Below, one piece after another: positions 53,947 to 63,041 of a stretch of 64,000 bases of DNA. The DNA comes from Microbacterium sp. (GTDB taxonomy: Bacteria; Actinomycetota; Actinomycetes; Actinomycetales; Microbacteriaceae), in NCBI RefSeq assembly GCF_044340635.1, contig NZ_JBIITF010000004.1, positions 153,731-217,730 on the forward strand, read 5' to 3'. A program made the translations under genes and the position numbers. Every line of letters starts with the position of its first letter. Position 1 is the first letter of the stretch. The notes under the pieces are model-generated. The model worked only from the letters and a program-made list of their open reading frames with translations. It made no database searches and had not been told where the DNA came from.

Positions 53947-54566
53947 CCGACGCAACCGCGACGCCCGCGTCCGATCTCGTGGTCGGCGAAGACGGCCTGG
54001 CTCGCCCTCGTTGGGCGGCGACCGATCCCCTGCTGCGGAGCTACTACGACGACGAGTGGGGTATGCCCGTCCGCGACGAACGCGGGCTGTTCGAGCGTCT
54101 GAGCCTCGAAGGGTTCCAGTCGGGATTGTCGTGGGCGATCATCCTGCGGAAGCGCCCGGGGTTTCGAGCGGCCTTCGCCGATTTCGACCCCGACACGGTG
54201 GCCGGATACGGCGACGAGGACGTGGAACGCCTGCTGCAGGATGCCGCGATCGTGCGCAATCGCGCCAAGATCCTCGCGACGATCACCAACGCCCGCGCCA
54301 CGGTCGCCCTCCGCTCGGACGGCGGTCTGGCCGACCTGGTGTGGTCGTACCGGCCCGAGACCACGCCCTCACCGCTGAGCTTCGCCGACATCCCCTCCAC
54401 CTCTGATGAATCGCGTGCACTCGCGAAGGCGCTGAAGGCACGCGGGTTCCGCTTCGTCGGGCCGACGACCGCGTTCGCCCTGATGGAAGCCGTGGGGATC
54501 GTTGACACGCACCTCATCGGCAGCCACCGGCGCGGGTCGAGCGGCGTCTGGCCCGCCTCGGCATAG
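53943..54566 (+). CDS. tag: DNA-3-methyladenine glycosylase I
   Basis: DEWGMP, LSLEGFQSGLSW, KRPGFR, IVRNRAKI, FRFVGPT; GTGA overlap with the preceding gene. Confidence 0.92.
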   Translation: MTDATATPASDLVVGEDGLARPRWAATDPLLRSYYDDEWGMPVRDERGLFERLSLEGFQSGLSWAIILRKRPGFRAAFADFDPDTVAGYGDEDVERLLQDAAIVRNRAKILATITNARATVALRSDGGLADLVWSYRPETTPSPLSFADIPSTSDESRALAKALKARGFRFVGPTTAFALMEAVGIVDTHLIGSHRRGSSGVWPASA

Positions 54567-54577
54567 CCGACGCACAC

Positions 54578-54611
54578 AGGGATGCCCCGACCCAGCGGCC
54601 GGGGCATCCCT
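54578..54611. terminator. Hairpin between convergent tag and actP
   Basis: AGGGATGCCCCG-N10-CGGGGCATCCCT perfect 12-bp stem. Confidence 0.75.
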
Positions 54612-54627
54612 CGCTGTCTTCGCGCCG

Positions 54628-56247
54628 CTAGTGGCTCGTCGCCTTCTCGGCGCCGTAGCCGGTGAGCGAGCGCACATCCATCTCCGCGGCGAGGCGCCGG
54701 TCCTCGGCCTTGCGTGACGTGACCGAACCGAGCCACCCGAGGAAGAACCCGAGCGGGATCGACACGATGCCGGGGTTGTTCAGCGGCCACAGCGCCGTTC
54801 CGACCGGGAACACGCTGGTCTCTGTGCCCCAGAAGACCGGCGAGGCGACGATCAGGATGACGGCCGCACCGAGCCCGCCGTACATGCTCCACACCGCGCC
54901 GCGCGTCGTGAACCCGCGCCAGAACAGCGAGTACAGGATCGTCGGCAGGTTCGCCGACGCCGCGACCGCGAAGGCCAGCGCGACGAGGAATGCCACATTC
55001 TGACCCTGCACCCCGATACCGCCGATGATCGCGAGCACACCGATCACGATCACCGTGCGACGGGCGACCTTCACCTCACCGTCCGGGGGCACATTGCCCT
55101 TCTTCACGACGTTCGCGTAGATGTCATGGGCGAACGACGCGGCCGCCGTGATCGTCAGACCCGCGACCACCGCGAGGATCGTCGCGAACGCGACCGCCGA
55201 GATGAACCCGAGCAGGATCGGACCACCGAGCGCCAGCGCCAGCAGCGGTGCCGCCGAGTTGACCCCACCCGGGGCCTCGCGGATCACGTCCGGACCCACC
55301 AGCGCCGCGGCGCCGTACCCCAGCACGAGCGTCAGCAGATAGAACAGGCCGATCAGCCAGATCGCCCACACCACCGAACGCCGCGCCTCTTTCGCCGTCG
55401 GCACCGTGTAGAAGCGCATCAGCACGTGCGGCAGACCAGCCGTGCCGAGCACGAGGGCGAGCGCCAGGCTGATGAAGTCCCACGGGTTCGCGCCGTACTG
55501 CAGGCCCGGTGCGAGGATCGCGTCCGGCGGCGTCGTGGTCGAGGCATCCACCGCTGCACCGAGCAGGGTGTTGATGTTGAACCCATTGATCGCCAGAACC
55601 CAGATCGTCATGACGATGGCGCCACCGATCAGCAGGAAGGCCTTGACGATCTGGACCCAGGTGGTGCCCTTCATGCCACCGATGAGCACGTAGACGATCA
55701 TCAGCACACCGACGACGGCGACGACGATCGACTGCCCGATCTGGTCGTTAATGCCGAGCAACAGCGAGACGAGCCCGCCCGCGCCCGCCATCTGCGCCAA
55801 CAGATAGAAGAAGCAGACCGCGAGGGTCGTGATGGCCGCCGCCATCCGCACCGGGCGCTGCGCGAGACGGAACGACAGCACGTCTGCCATCGTGAACTTG
55901 CCCGTGTTCCGCATCAGTTCGGCCACGAGCAGCAGCGCGACCAGCCAGGCGACGAGGAACCCGATCGAATACAGGAATCCGTCGTAGCCGTTCAACGCGA
56001 TGGCACCGCAGATGCCGAGGAAGGATGCCGCGGACAGGTAGTCCCCCGCGATCGCGAAGCCGTTCTGCGGACCCGTGAACGATCGTCCCGCGGCGTAGTA
56101 GTCGGCCGCGGTCTTGTTGTTGCGGCTCGCCCGGATGACGATGAACAACGTGATGGCGACGAACGCGCCGAAGATCGAGATGTTCAGGACGGGGTTGTTC
56201 TCGACCGTCGTGGAAGCGGCCTCGAGCGCCGCGAAGATGTCGTTCAC
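54628..56247 (-). CDS. actP: Cation/acetate symporter (SSS family)
   Basis: QNGFAIAGDYLSAASFLG, GGMKGTTWVQIVKA, GTAGLPHVLMRFYTVP, AFAVAASAN. Confidence 0.92.
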   Translation of the reverse strand: MNDIFAALEAASTTVENNPVLNISIFGAFVAITLFIVIRASRNNKTAADYYAAGRSFTGPQNGFAIAGDYLSAASFLGICGAIALNGYDGFLYSIGFLVAWLVALLLVAELMRNTGKFTMADVLSFRLAQRPVRMAAAITTLAVCFFYLLAQMAGAGGLVSLLLGINDQIGQSIVVAVVGVLMIVYVLIGGMKGTTWVQIVKAFLLIGGAIVMTIWVLAINGFNINTLLGAAVDASTTTPPDAILAPGLQYGANPWDFISLALALVLGTAGLPHVLMRFYTVPTAKEARRSVVWAIWLIGLFYLLTLVLGYGAAALVGPDVIREAPGGVNSAAPLLALALGGPILLGFISAVAFATILAVVAGLTITAAASFAHDIYANVVKKGNVPPDGEVKVARRTVIVIGVLAIIGGIGVQGQNVAFLVALAFAVAASANLPTILYSLFWRGFTTRGAVWSMYGGLGAAVILIVASPVFWGTETSVFPVGTALWPLNNPGIVSIPLGFFLGWLGSVTSRKAEDRRLAAEMDVRSLTGYGAEKATSH

Positions 56248-56594
56248 GAAGTGGGCTCCTGCTTCTCGAGGGCGTCACGAATGGCCTCGGCCTTCGGGTC
56301 GAGCTTGCGGTTCGCGAAGGCGACGTACGACATCGTGATCGCGAACGTGGTGACGAACTGCCCGAGACCGAAGATCAGCCCGACCGTCACATCACCCCAG
56401 ACGCGTGTGCCCATGAAGTCCGTGGCGAACGACGACAGCAGAACGTAAACGAAGTACCAGAGCAGGAATGCGACCGCGAGCGGGAACACGAAGCTGCGTT
56501 GCGTGCGCTTGAGTTCCTGAAACGGGGCGGACTCCTCGACCGCTATATAGTCGATGCCGCCGGGTGGGGCGGTCTCTTTTCTCGGATCACTCAT
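56244..56594 (-). CDS. DUF485 (YjcH-like) membrane protein
   Basis: FQELKRTQRSFVFP, GLGQFVTTF; overlaps the actP start. Confidence 0.88.
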   Translation of the reverse strand: MSDPRKETAPPGGIDYIAVEESAPFQELKRTQRSFVFPLAVAFLLWYFVYVLLSSFATDFMGTRVWGDVTVGLIFGLGQFVTTFAITMSYVAFANRKLDPKAEAIRDALEKQEPTS

Positions 56595-56769
56595 GTGGCC
56601 TCCTTGCCATCAGTGCACGGTCTGCGCGAAGCCCGAAAGACGGCCAAAAGTCCGCCACGAGGACATGACGGATAGGCCCGATCCCGAGCGCTTTTCTTTC
56701 GCTTCGGCAGGTGTAGGGTCGACGCTACGAAGGCGGCGAGGATGCCGTCACCCCCGAAAGTAGGTAGTG

Positions 56770-57696
56770 ATGCTTACCCAGGATCGGACTGACTCAGAAG
56801 CTTCGGCGCTGACGGGCGCCGTGCGCGAATTGGCGCGCCGGACGCACTTTCCGGTGTCGTTCGGCGGACTCGTCAACGACGGCAGCGCGCGCATCGGCGC
56901 CATCTACGGCAGCCGCACACGCAGCCTCGACGGCCTCAGCGTTCAGGTCATGCGCGGACTCGGCGGTCGCGCCATGGCCGAGCTGCGTCCGCGCGCGACG
57001 CCCGACTACGGATCGGCGCGGCACATCACGCACGACTACGACCGGCACATCCTGGGCGAGGGCATCTCGACGTTGTTGGCGGTTCCCGTGATCGTCGGCG
57101 GGCGCGTGCGCGGGCTCCTGTACGGGGGTGCGTGGGCATCCGCGAACGTCGGCGAAGTGGTCATGAAGCCTGCGTTCCAGGTGGCGGATGCCTTGGCCAC
57201 CGAGCTGCGTGTGCGCGATGAGGTCGAGCGGCGTCTGAGCGCCCTCGATGGCGCCACGGGTCCCGGCGCCGGGACAACCGGCGGCATCGGCGCCGGTGTG
57301 GCGGGCGTCACGGCGACGTCACCGACGCAGCATCCGTCATTGCCCGCGGCCCATCGCGAGGAGTTGCGCGAGAGCTACGCCGAGCTGCGCACCATCGCCT
57401 CGGCCATCACCGACCCGGCCGTCCGGGCCCGTTTGGAGCAGGTCGAGCACCGCTTGGCGGCACTCTCGGGGGATGACGACCCGCATCATCAAGCCGCCGC
57501 TGTGTCCCTCTCCCCCCGCGAAACGGATGTGCTCGCGTGCGCGGCGATCGGCGCCACGAACGCGCAGATAGCGACGCAACTCTCGCTGCGGGAGGGAACG
57601 GTCAAGGCGTACCTGTCGAGCGCGATGTCCAAGCTGGATGCGTCCACCCGTCACGCGGCCGTGACGAAGGCGCGACGAAGTGGACTGCTTCCCTGA
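56770..57696 (+). CDS. ramA: GAF + LuxR-HTH activator, RamA-like
   Basis: GLGGRAMAELRP..DY..ARHITHDYD..I..EG..TLLAVPVIV..RVRGLLY; LSPRETDVLAC..LG..N..TVKAYL, collinear with Corynebacterium RamA as I recall it. Confidence 0.78.
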   Translation: MLTQDRTDSEASALTGAVRELARRTHFPVSFGGLVNDGSARIGAIYGSRTRSLDGLSVQVMRGLGGRAMAELRPRATPDYGSARHITHDYDRHILGEGISTLLAVPVIVGGRVRGLLYGGAWASANVGEVVMKPAFQVADALATELRVRDEVERRLSALDGATGPGAGTTGGIGAGVAGVTATSPTQHPSLPAAHREELRESYAELRTIASAITDPAVRARLEQVEHRLAALSGDDDPHHQAAAVSLSPRETDVLACAAIGATNAQIATQLSLREGTVKAYLSSAMSKLDASTRHAAVTKARRSGLLP

Positions 57697-57772
57697 CGCC
57701 GCGCATTCCGACCGCACGAACAACCCACACACGATCCCGTTGAACACGGGCCACACGCGCTAAAGTGGCCTG

Positions 57773-58129
57773 ATGGCCCGCAGAATCGTGCATCAGCTCG
57801 TCGACGACCTCGACGGCACCGTCCTCGACGCTGGAGAGGGTGAGACTGTCCTGTTCTCGCTCGACGGCATCGCGTACGAAATCGACCTCACCGAAGCCAA
57901 CGCCTCGGCGCTGCGCGACACCCTGCAGCCTTACGTCGCAGCCGCGCGTTCCATCTCTTCCCGCACGTCCGGCTCGCAGACCGCGGGCTCACGTCCCCGC
58001 CGCCGGTCGGGTCAGCAGGACTTCGGCGCCATCCGTCAGTGGGCGCGCGAAAACGGCCACCAGGTCTCCGACCGGGGCCGCGTTCCCGCGAACGTCATCG
58101 AGGCTTTCGAAGCCGCACAGGAGTCCTGA
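57773..58129 (+). CDS. lsr2: Lsr2 nucleoid-associated protein
   Basis: [37 protein letters not shown]. Confidence 0.93.
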   Translation: MARRIVHQLVDDLDGTVLDAGEGETVLFSLDGIAYEIDLTEANASALRDTLQPYVAAARSISSRTSGSQTAGSRPRRRSGQQDFGAIRQWARENGHQVSDRGRVPANVIEAFEAAQES

Positions 58130-58237
58130 GCGGCGCACGAGCGCAACATGGGAATTCCCTCCGTATGAGCGCGTGAGCTTGCATGCCGCTCGAATTCTCG
58201 GAATCGTTGCCACCTCGACGAACGGAAGGAGAGCAGC

Positions 58238-58522
58238 ATGCTGACACTCACCGAGAACGCGAGCATGGCCGTCAAGTCCATCGTGGAGCAGGTACCCGAC
58301 GCCCCGGCGGGGGGTCTCCGCATCCGCGACACGGGATTGGCCGAAACCGGATTCGAGCTCGGCGTTTCGCCGCAGCCCGAGACCACTGACGCGGTGGTGG
58401 AAGTCGAGGGCGCACGCGTCTTCCTCGACGCCGGCGCCGCACTGGCACTCGAGGACAAGATCCTCGATGCGCAGATGGAGCAGGACGGCTCCGTCCGTTT
58501 CGCTCTCGCCGTACAGGGCTAG
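58238..58522 (+). CDS. HesB/IscA-fold protein without cysteines
   Basis: MLTLTENA, GGLRI, VEVEGARVFLD, LEDKILDA; AAGGAG RBS. Confidence 0.78.
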   Translation: MLTLTENASMAVKSIVEQVPDAPAGGLRIRDTGLAETGFELGVSPQPETTDAVVEVEGARVFLDAGAALALEDKILDAQMEQDGSVRFALAVQG

Positions 58523-58537
58523 ACCCCCGTACGACAT

Positions 58538-58575
58538 GACGCGGGCCCCGGTGCGAAAGCGCCGGGGCCCGCGTC
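58538..58575 (+). terminator. Intrinsic terminator
   Basis: 17-bp stem GACGCGGGCCCCGGTGC-GAAA-GCGCCGGGGCCCGCGTC followed by GTTTGT. Confidence 0.8.
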
Positions 58576-58699
58576 GTTTGTCCCCCGCACCCCTGCGCTT
58601 ATACACGGCTGCGAGCCGACCGGCAAGGGTGCTTACGACAGCGCCGCCCCGGGATCGAATGGTCCTCGGTCATTTTGCCGAGAGCTGTCAGGGGAATGT

Positions 58700-59866
58700 G
58701 TGTCGCAGTCGTCAGTCCTCACCGAGGGGCGCCCTGTCGCGCCCGGAACGAAACCCGCCGCGGGCATCAAGGACTCCGCCGAGCCGCGAACGATACGGGT
58801 CGCGTCGATCCCTCGGGGTCATGTGTACGTCCGGCATATCGACGCGGACGACGCCATGCCGGGTTATCCGCGTATCGAACGTCTCGCCGATCCCGATCCC
58901 GCGCAGCCGGGCCGGGCGGCCCAGTCTCAGTGGTGGCCGCCGGCGATGCTCGAGGCGGCGTGGGTCCGTTCGCACAGCGAGTTCGATCTCGTGCATCTGC
59001 AGTTCGGGTTCGACGCTCGGAGCCCCGAGCAGCTGCGCGAGTGGATCGAGGCGCTCGACGAGACGGGACGTCCGCTCGTCTACACCGTTCATGACCTGCG
59101 AAATCCCCACCACGACGACTCCGCAGAGCACGACGCTCAGCTCGATGTCCTCGTCCCGACGGCTGCCGCGCTGATCACCCTCACTCCGGGTGCCGCAGCT
59201 GAGATCCGTGAGCGTTGGGGTCGCGAAGCTCACGTGCTGCCGCATCCGCACGTCGTCGACGTCGACACGATGGCACGGATGGCACGGGGCGCATCACGAA
59301 GCGCGGGCGAGTTCCGCGTGGGCGTGCACGTGAAAAGCCTCCGCGCGAATATGGACCCACTGCCGGTCCTCCGCACACTGCGCAGCGCCGTCGCGGATCT
59401 ACCGGGCGCGGTACTTCAGGTGAATGGGCACCGCGACGTTCTTCTGGAGGACGGGGCGCGATACGAACCGACACTCGCCGCCTTCCTGCGCCGGGCGGCG
59501 TCCGACGGCGAGATCGACCTGCGCATCCACGACTTCTTCGACGACGCGCAGCTGTGGGAGTACCTGGGATCGCTCGACGTCTCGGTGCTGCCCTACCGAT
59601 TCGGTACGCATTCCGGCTGGCTCGAGGCATGTCGGGACCTCGGCACGGCGGTCGCGGCACCCACCTGCGGTTACTACGCGGAGCAGGGCGACGTGTTCTC
59701 GTATGAGCACGACGTGCGGGGCCTCGACGAGACTTCGCTCGTCCGCGCCATCCGAGAGGCCTATGACCAGGGGCGCGCAGAACCCCTGTCGATCAGCGCT
59801 CGGCGAGCGCAACGGATGCGCATTGCGCAGGCTCACGCGCGCATCTACGAGGGGTTGCTAGCATGA
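58700..59866 (+). CDS. GT-B glycosyltransferase (GT4-like)
   Basis: DLVHLQFGF, YTVHDLRNPH, VLPYRFGTHSGWLEA; start uncertain. Confidence 0.78.
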   Translation: MSQSSVLTEGRPVAPGTKPAAGIKDSAEPRTIRVASIPRGHVYVRHIDADDAMPGYPRIERLADPDPAQPGRAAQSQWWPPAMLEAAWVRSHSEFDLVHLQFGFDARSPEQLREWIEALDETGRPLVYTVHDLRNPHHDDSAEHDAQLDVLVPTAAALITLTPGAAAEIRERWGREAHVLPHPHVVDVDTMARMARGASRSAGEFRVGVHVKSLRANMDPLPVLRTLRSAVADLPGAVLQVNGHRDVLLEDGARYEPTLAAFLRRAASDGEIDLRIHDFFDDAQLWEYLGSLDVSVLPYRFGTHSGWLEACRDLGTAVAAPTCGYYAEQGDVFSYEHDVRGLDETSLVRAIREAYDQGRAEPLSISARRAQRMRIAQAHARIYEGLLA

Positions 59867-60939
59867 GGCGGCTGCGCGTCTGCCTGATCGCATCGAGCCG
59901 CTTCCCCGTGCGCGAGCCTTTCGCGGGCGGACTCGAGGCGCACATCCATGCGCTCGCCCGGAGTCTGCGCGACCGCGGGCACGAGGTGAGTGTCTTCGCG
60001 GCGCCGGGATCGGATCCCGCCCTCGAAATCCATCCCCTCGATGTCGAGGAGTTCGATGCCTCGAGCGCGGCGCGAGCGGATGTATCCGCTCCCCCGGATG
60101 CCTGGATGCGCGAGCATCATGCCTATCTTTCGCTCATGATCTCGCTCGCTCGCTCGGGCCACGAGCGATTCGACGTCGTGCACAACAACAGCCTTCATCA
60201 CCTGCCCGTCGCCATGGCCTCGACCCTCTCGATCCCCATGGTCACGACACTGCACACGCCTCCGACGCCGTGGCTGGAGTCCGCGCTGAAGTTCGCGCCG
60301 ACCCATTCAGCGTTCGCCGCGGTGAGCGAATTCACGGCAGAGCAATGGAGGCATGTCGTCGACGCGGTCGTCGTCCGCAACGGCATCGACCTGACGCGCT
60401 GGCCGGAGGGGCCCGGCGGCACGGATGCGGTGTGGTTCGGTCGCATCGTGCCGGAGAAGGCACCGCATCTCGCGATCGATGCCGCACGGCGCGCGGGTAT
60501 CGCCATCAACCTGGCGGGTCCCGTGTTCGACAACGACTACTTCGCGCGTGAGATCGAACCTCGCCTCGGGTCGGGCGTGCGGCTTCTGGGACATCTGCAC
60601 AGCTCACAACTTTCTGAGGTGGTTCGCCGCGCACGGGTCACGGTGCTCACGCCGCGGTGGGAGGAGCCGTACGGGCTCGTCGCGGCCGAGTCGATGGCAA
60701 GCGGCACGCCGGTGGCCGCCTTCGCCCGGGGCGGTCTGACTGAGGTGGTGGGCGATGGCGGTGGGTTCCTGGCGGGGCCCGACGACGTCGATGAGCTTCC
60801 GCGTACGATCGTGCGGGCAGCCGAATTGCCGCGCGCCGCGGTGCGGGCACACGCCATGCGGTACCACTCGCTCGACACCATGGTCGCGCAGTACGAATCG
60901 ATCTACACACATCTCGCGTCCGATAGCCGCGCCGCGTGA
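59863..60939 (+). CDS. GT4 glycosyltransferase
   Basis: AGGLE, DVVHNNS, TTLHTPP, GRIVPEKAPH, EEPYGLVAAESMASGTP (EX7E). Confidence 0.9.
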   Translation: MRRLRVCLIASSRFPVREPFAGGLEAHIHALARSLRDRGHEVSVFAAPGSDPALEIHPLDVEEFDASSAARADVSAPPDAWMREHHAYLSLMISLARSGHERFDVVHNNSLHHLPVAMASTLSIPMVTTLHTPPTPWLESALKFAPTHSAFAAVSEFTAEQWRHVVDAVVVRNGIDLTRWPEGPGGTDAVWFGRIVPEKAPHLAIDAARRAGIAINLAGPVFDNDYFAREIEPRLGSGVRLLGHLHSSQLSEVVRRARVTVLTPRWEEPYGLVAAESMASGTPVAAFARGGLTEVVGDGGGFLAGPDDVDELPRTIVRAAELPRAAVRAHAMRYHSLDTMVAQYESIYTHLASDSRAA

Positions 60940-61937
60940 TCGGTTACTACATTCACCACCACGGCCGCGGTCATCTCTCGCGGGCCACCGCCATCGCGCG
61001 CGAGCTGGGAGAGAAGGTGACGGGGCTGTCGTCGTTACCGCGGCCCGATGATTGGCCCGGCGATTGGGTGCACCTGCCCCTCGACGACGCGACGCCGCCA
61101 CGGGATCCGGAGCCCTCGGGGCGCCTGCACTGGGTACCTCTCGGATCCGTTGGACTGCGGCAACGGATGTCCGCCATCTCGGGGTGGCTCGGCGCGCATC
61201 GCCCGCGCGTCGTGGTCGTCGACGTTTCGGTCGAGGTGTGTCTGCTCGTCCGCCTTCACGGCGTGCCCGTCGTGACGTTTGCCCTGCCGGGGCACCGTGC
61301 CGATCCGGCGCACGAGCTCGGCTTCGACGTGGCGACGACGATCCTCGGCGCGTGGCCCCGCGAGGCGGCCGCTGACATCGTCACCGGCCTGTCCGCTCGC
61401 GTGATGAAGCGCATCATCCCGGTCGGGGGCATCTCCCGGTTCGCTCCGTCAGACGACGACGCTCGAACGGACCGAATCCCCCGGGTCTTGGTGCTCTCGG
61501 GGGCGGGCGGGGGTGACTTCTCGGCGCTGTCGATCCAGGAGGCAAGCCGTTCCACCCCGGACTGGGAGTGGGCCCATCTCGGTGGCTCGTCCTCGACCTG
61601 GGTCGCGGATCCCTGGCAGCACCTGCTAGCGGCCGACGTCATCGTGACGCACGCGGGGCAGAACGCCGTTGCCGAGGTCGCCGCCGCGCGCAGGCCCGCC
61701 GTGATCATCCCCCAGGACAGACCGCATGCCGAGCAGCGGACGACGGCACGCGTGCTCGATCAGGGCCCGTGGCCCGCGGTGGTACTGGACGCGGTTCCCG
61801 ACTCGGGCTGGTCCGACATCCTCGAGCGCACGCGGCGGCTCGACGGCAGCGCCTGGCGGGCGTGGAACGACGGAGAGAGCGCCGCACGGGCAGCCCACCA
61901 CATCCGCCGCACCGCCGAGATCGCGGAGAACGATTGA
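60936..61937 (+). CDS. GT-B glycosyltransferase (GT28/GT1-like C-terminal domain)
   Basis: YYIHHHGRGH, LSGAGG, DVIVTHAGQNAVAEV, PQDRPHAEQ. Confidence 0.8.
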   Translation: MIGYYIHHHGRGHLSRATAIARELGEKVTGLSSLPRPDDWPGDWVHLPLDDATPPRDPEPSGRLHWVPLGSVGLRQRMSAISGWLGAHRPRVVVVDVSVEVCLLVRLHGVPVVTFALPGHRADPAHELGFDVATTILGAWPREAAADIVTGLSARVMKRIIPVGGISRFAPSDDDARTDRIPRVLVLSGAGGGDFSALSIQEASRSTPDWEWAHLGGSSSTWVADPWQHLLAADVIVTHAGQNAVAEVAAARRPAVIIPQDRPHAEQRTTARVLDQGPWPAVVLDAVPDSGWSDILERTRRLDGSAWRAWNDGESAARAAHHIRRTAEIAEND

Positions 61938-62773
61938 TGCGCACGGCGATCGTCACGATCGCGCACGGCCGCCACGATCACTGGCTGATGCAGCGCGCGG
62001 CCCTCGCCCGGACGGACGTCGCGTTCGACGAGCAGGTCGTGGTCGCGATCGCCGATCCCGCTTTCGAGACCGTAGCCCGACGGGTGCGAGATACGCCGAC
62101 GCGAGTCATCCACCTCGATGCGCACGCGGAGGGCCTGCCGCTCGCGGCCGCGCGCAACGCCGGCGCTCGAGCGGCGCTCGGCGCGGGAGCCGACCTGCTC
62201 ATCTTTCTGGACGTGGACTGCCTGCCCGGCCCAGAACTGGTCGGCGGATACGTTGACGCGGCCACCGCTGACGCGACGCGCGGGGCCCTGCTCTGCGGTC
62301 CCGTCACGTACCTCGACCCTCCCGGCCCGACCGGGTACGAACTCGAGCTCCTGGATGACTACGACTCGCCGCATCCGGCGCGGCCCGCCCCGCGGCGCGG
62401 CGAAACCCTGCTCGGTGGCCCTCACGAGCTGTTCTGGTCGCTGTCGTTCGCGCTGGACGCCTCGAACTGGGCGCGGATCGGCGGCTTCTGCGAGGACTAC
62501 GTCGGCTACGGCGGCGAAGACACGGATTTCGGCCAGCGCGCCCGCTCATCCGGCGTTCCGCTGGCGTGGGTAGGGGATGCGCGCGCGTACCACCAACACC
62601 ACCCCACGACCGATCCTCCGGTGCAGCATCTGGACGCGATCCTGCGCAACGCGGCCGTCTTCGAATCCCTCTGGGGGTGGTGGCCGATGCAGGGATGGCT
62701 CGACGGATTCGAACGGGCGGGCCTCATCGAACGTGAAGCCGCGGGCACCTACCGCCGCACCAGCACGGGGTAG
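61937..62773 (+). CDS. GT-A (GT2-like) glycosyltransferase
   Basis: LAAARNAGA, DxD in FLDVDC, FWSLSFA, GYGGEDTDF; TGATG overlap. Confidence 0.85.
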   Translation: MRTAIVTIAHGRHDHWLMQRAALARTDVAFDEQVVVAIADPAFETVARRVRDTPTRVIHLDAHAEGLPLAAARNAGARAALGAGADLLIFLDVDCLPGPELVGGYVDAATADATRGALLCGPVTYLDPPGPTGYELELLDDYDSPHPARPAPRRGETLLGGPHELFWSLSFALDASNWARIGGFCEDYVGYGGEDTDFGQRARSSGVPLAWVGDARAYHQHHPTTDPPVQHLDAILRNAAVFESLWGWWPMQGWLDGFERAGLIEREAAGTYRRTSTG

Positions 62774-62779
62774 GACCGG

Positions 62780-63031
62780 TTAGGCGGGGGCTGGATCGCC
62801 TCGGTCGGCATCCACCGGGTCCGTGCGGAAGCCGCTGAGTTTGTGCGTGCCGTCGCACCACGGCTTGATGAGCGAGGCTCCGCACCGGCACAGGGCAACG
62901 GTGCGCCGCTGAGGCTCCAAGACGAGACCGTCGGAGTCGACGATCTCGACGTGCCCGCGAACGATGAGCGGACCGTCCGGATAGGCCTCGATGGACGGAG
63001 TTCGCGCCGCCGAGTCGTTGCTGCTCGTCAT
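62780..63031 (-). CDS. CDGSH iron-sulfur domain protein
   Basis: ALCRCGAS..KPWCDGTH. Confidence 0.9.
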   Translation of the reverse strand: MTSSNDSAARTPSIEAYPDGPLIVRGHVEIVDSDGLVLEPQRRTVALCRCGASLIKPWCDGTHKLSGFRTDPVDADRGDPAPA

Positions 63032-63041
63032 CCGCCCGCCC

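Noticed and set aside
57773-58129. lsr2 as a phage- or island-borne silencer
   Set aside because: No mobile-element genes or AT-rich cargo around it; only its position away from lysS-clpC is unusual.
58660-58700. SigF/SigB-type promoter for the GT operon
   Set aside because: GGGAAT is present at 58692-58697 but there is no clean GTTT -35 at the right spacing, and it is too close to the annotated start.
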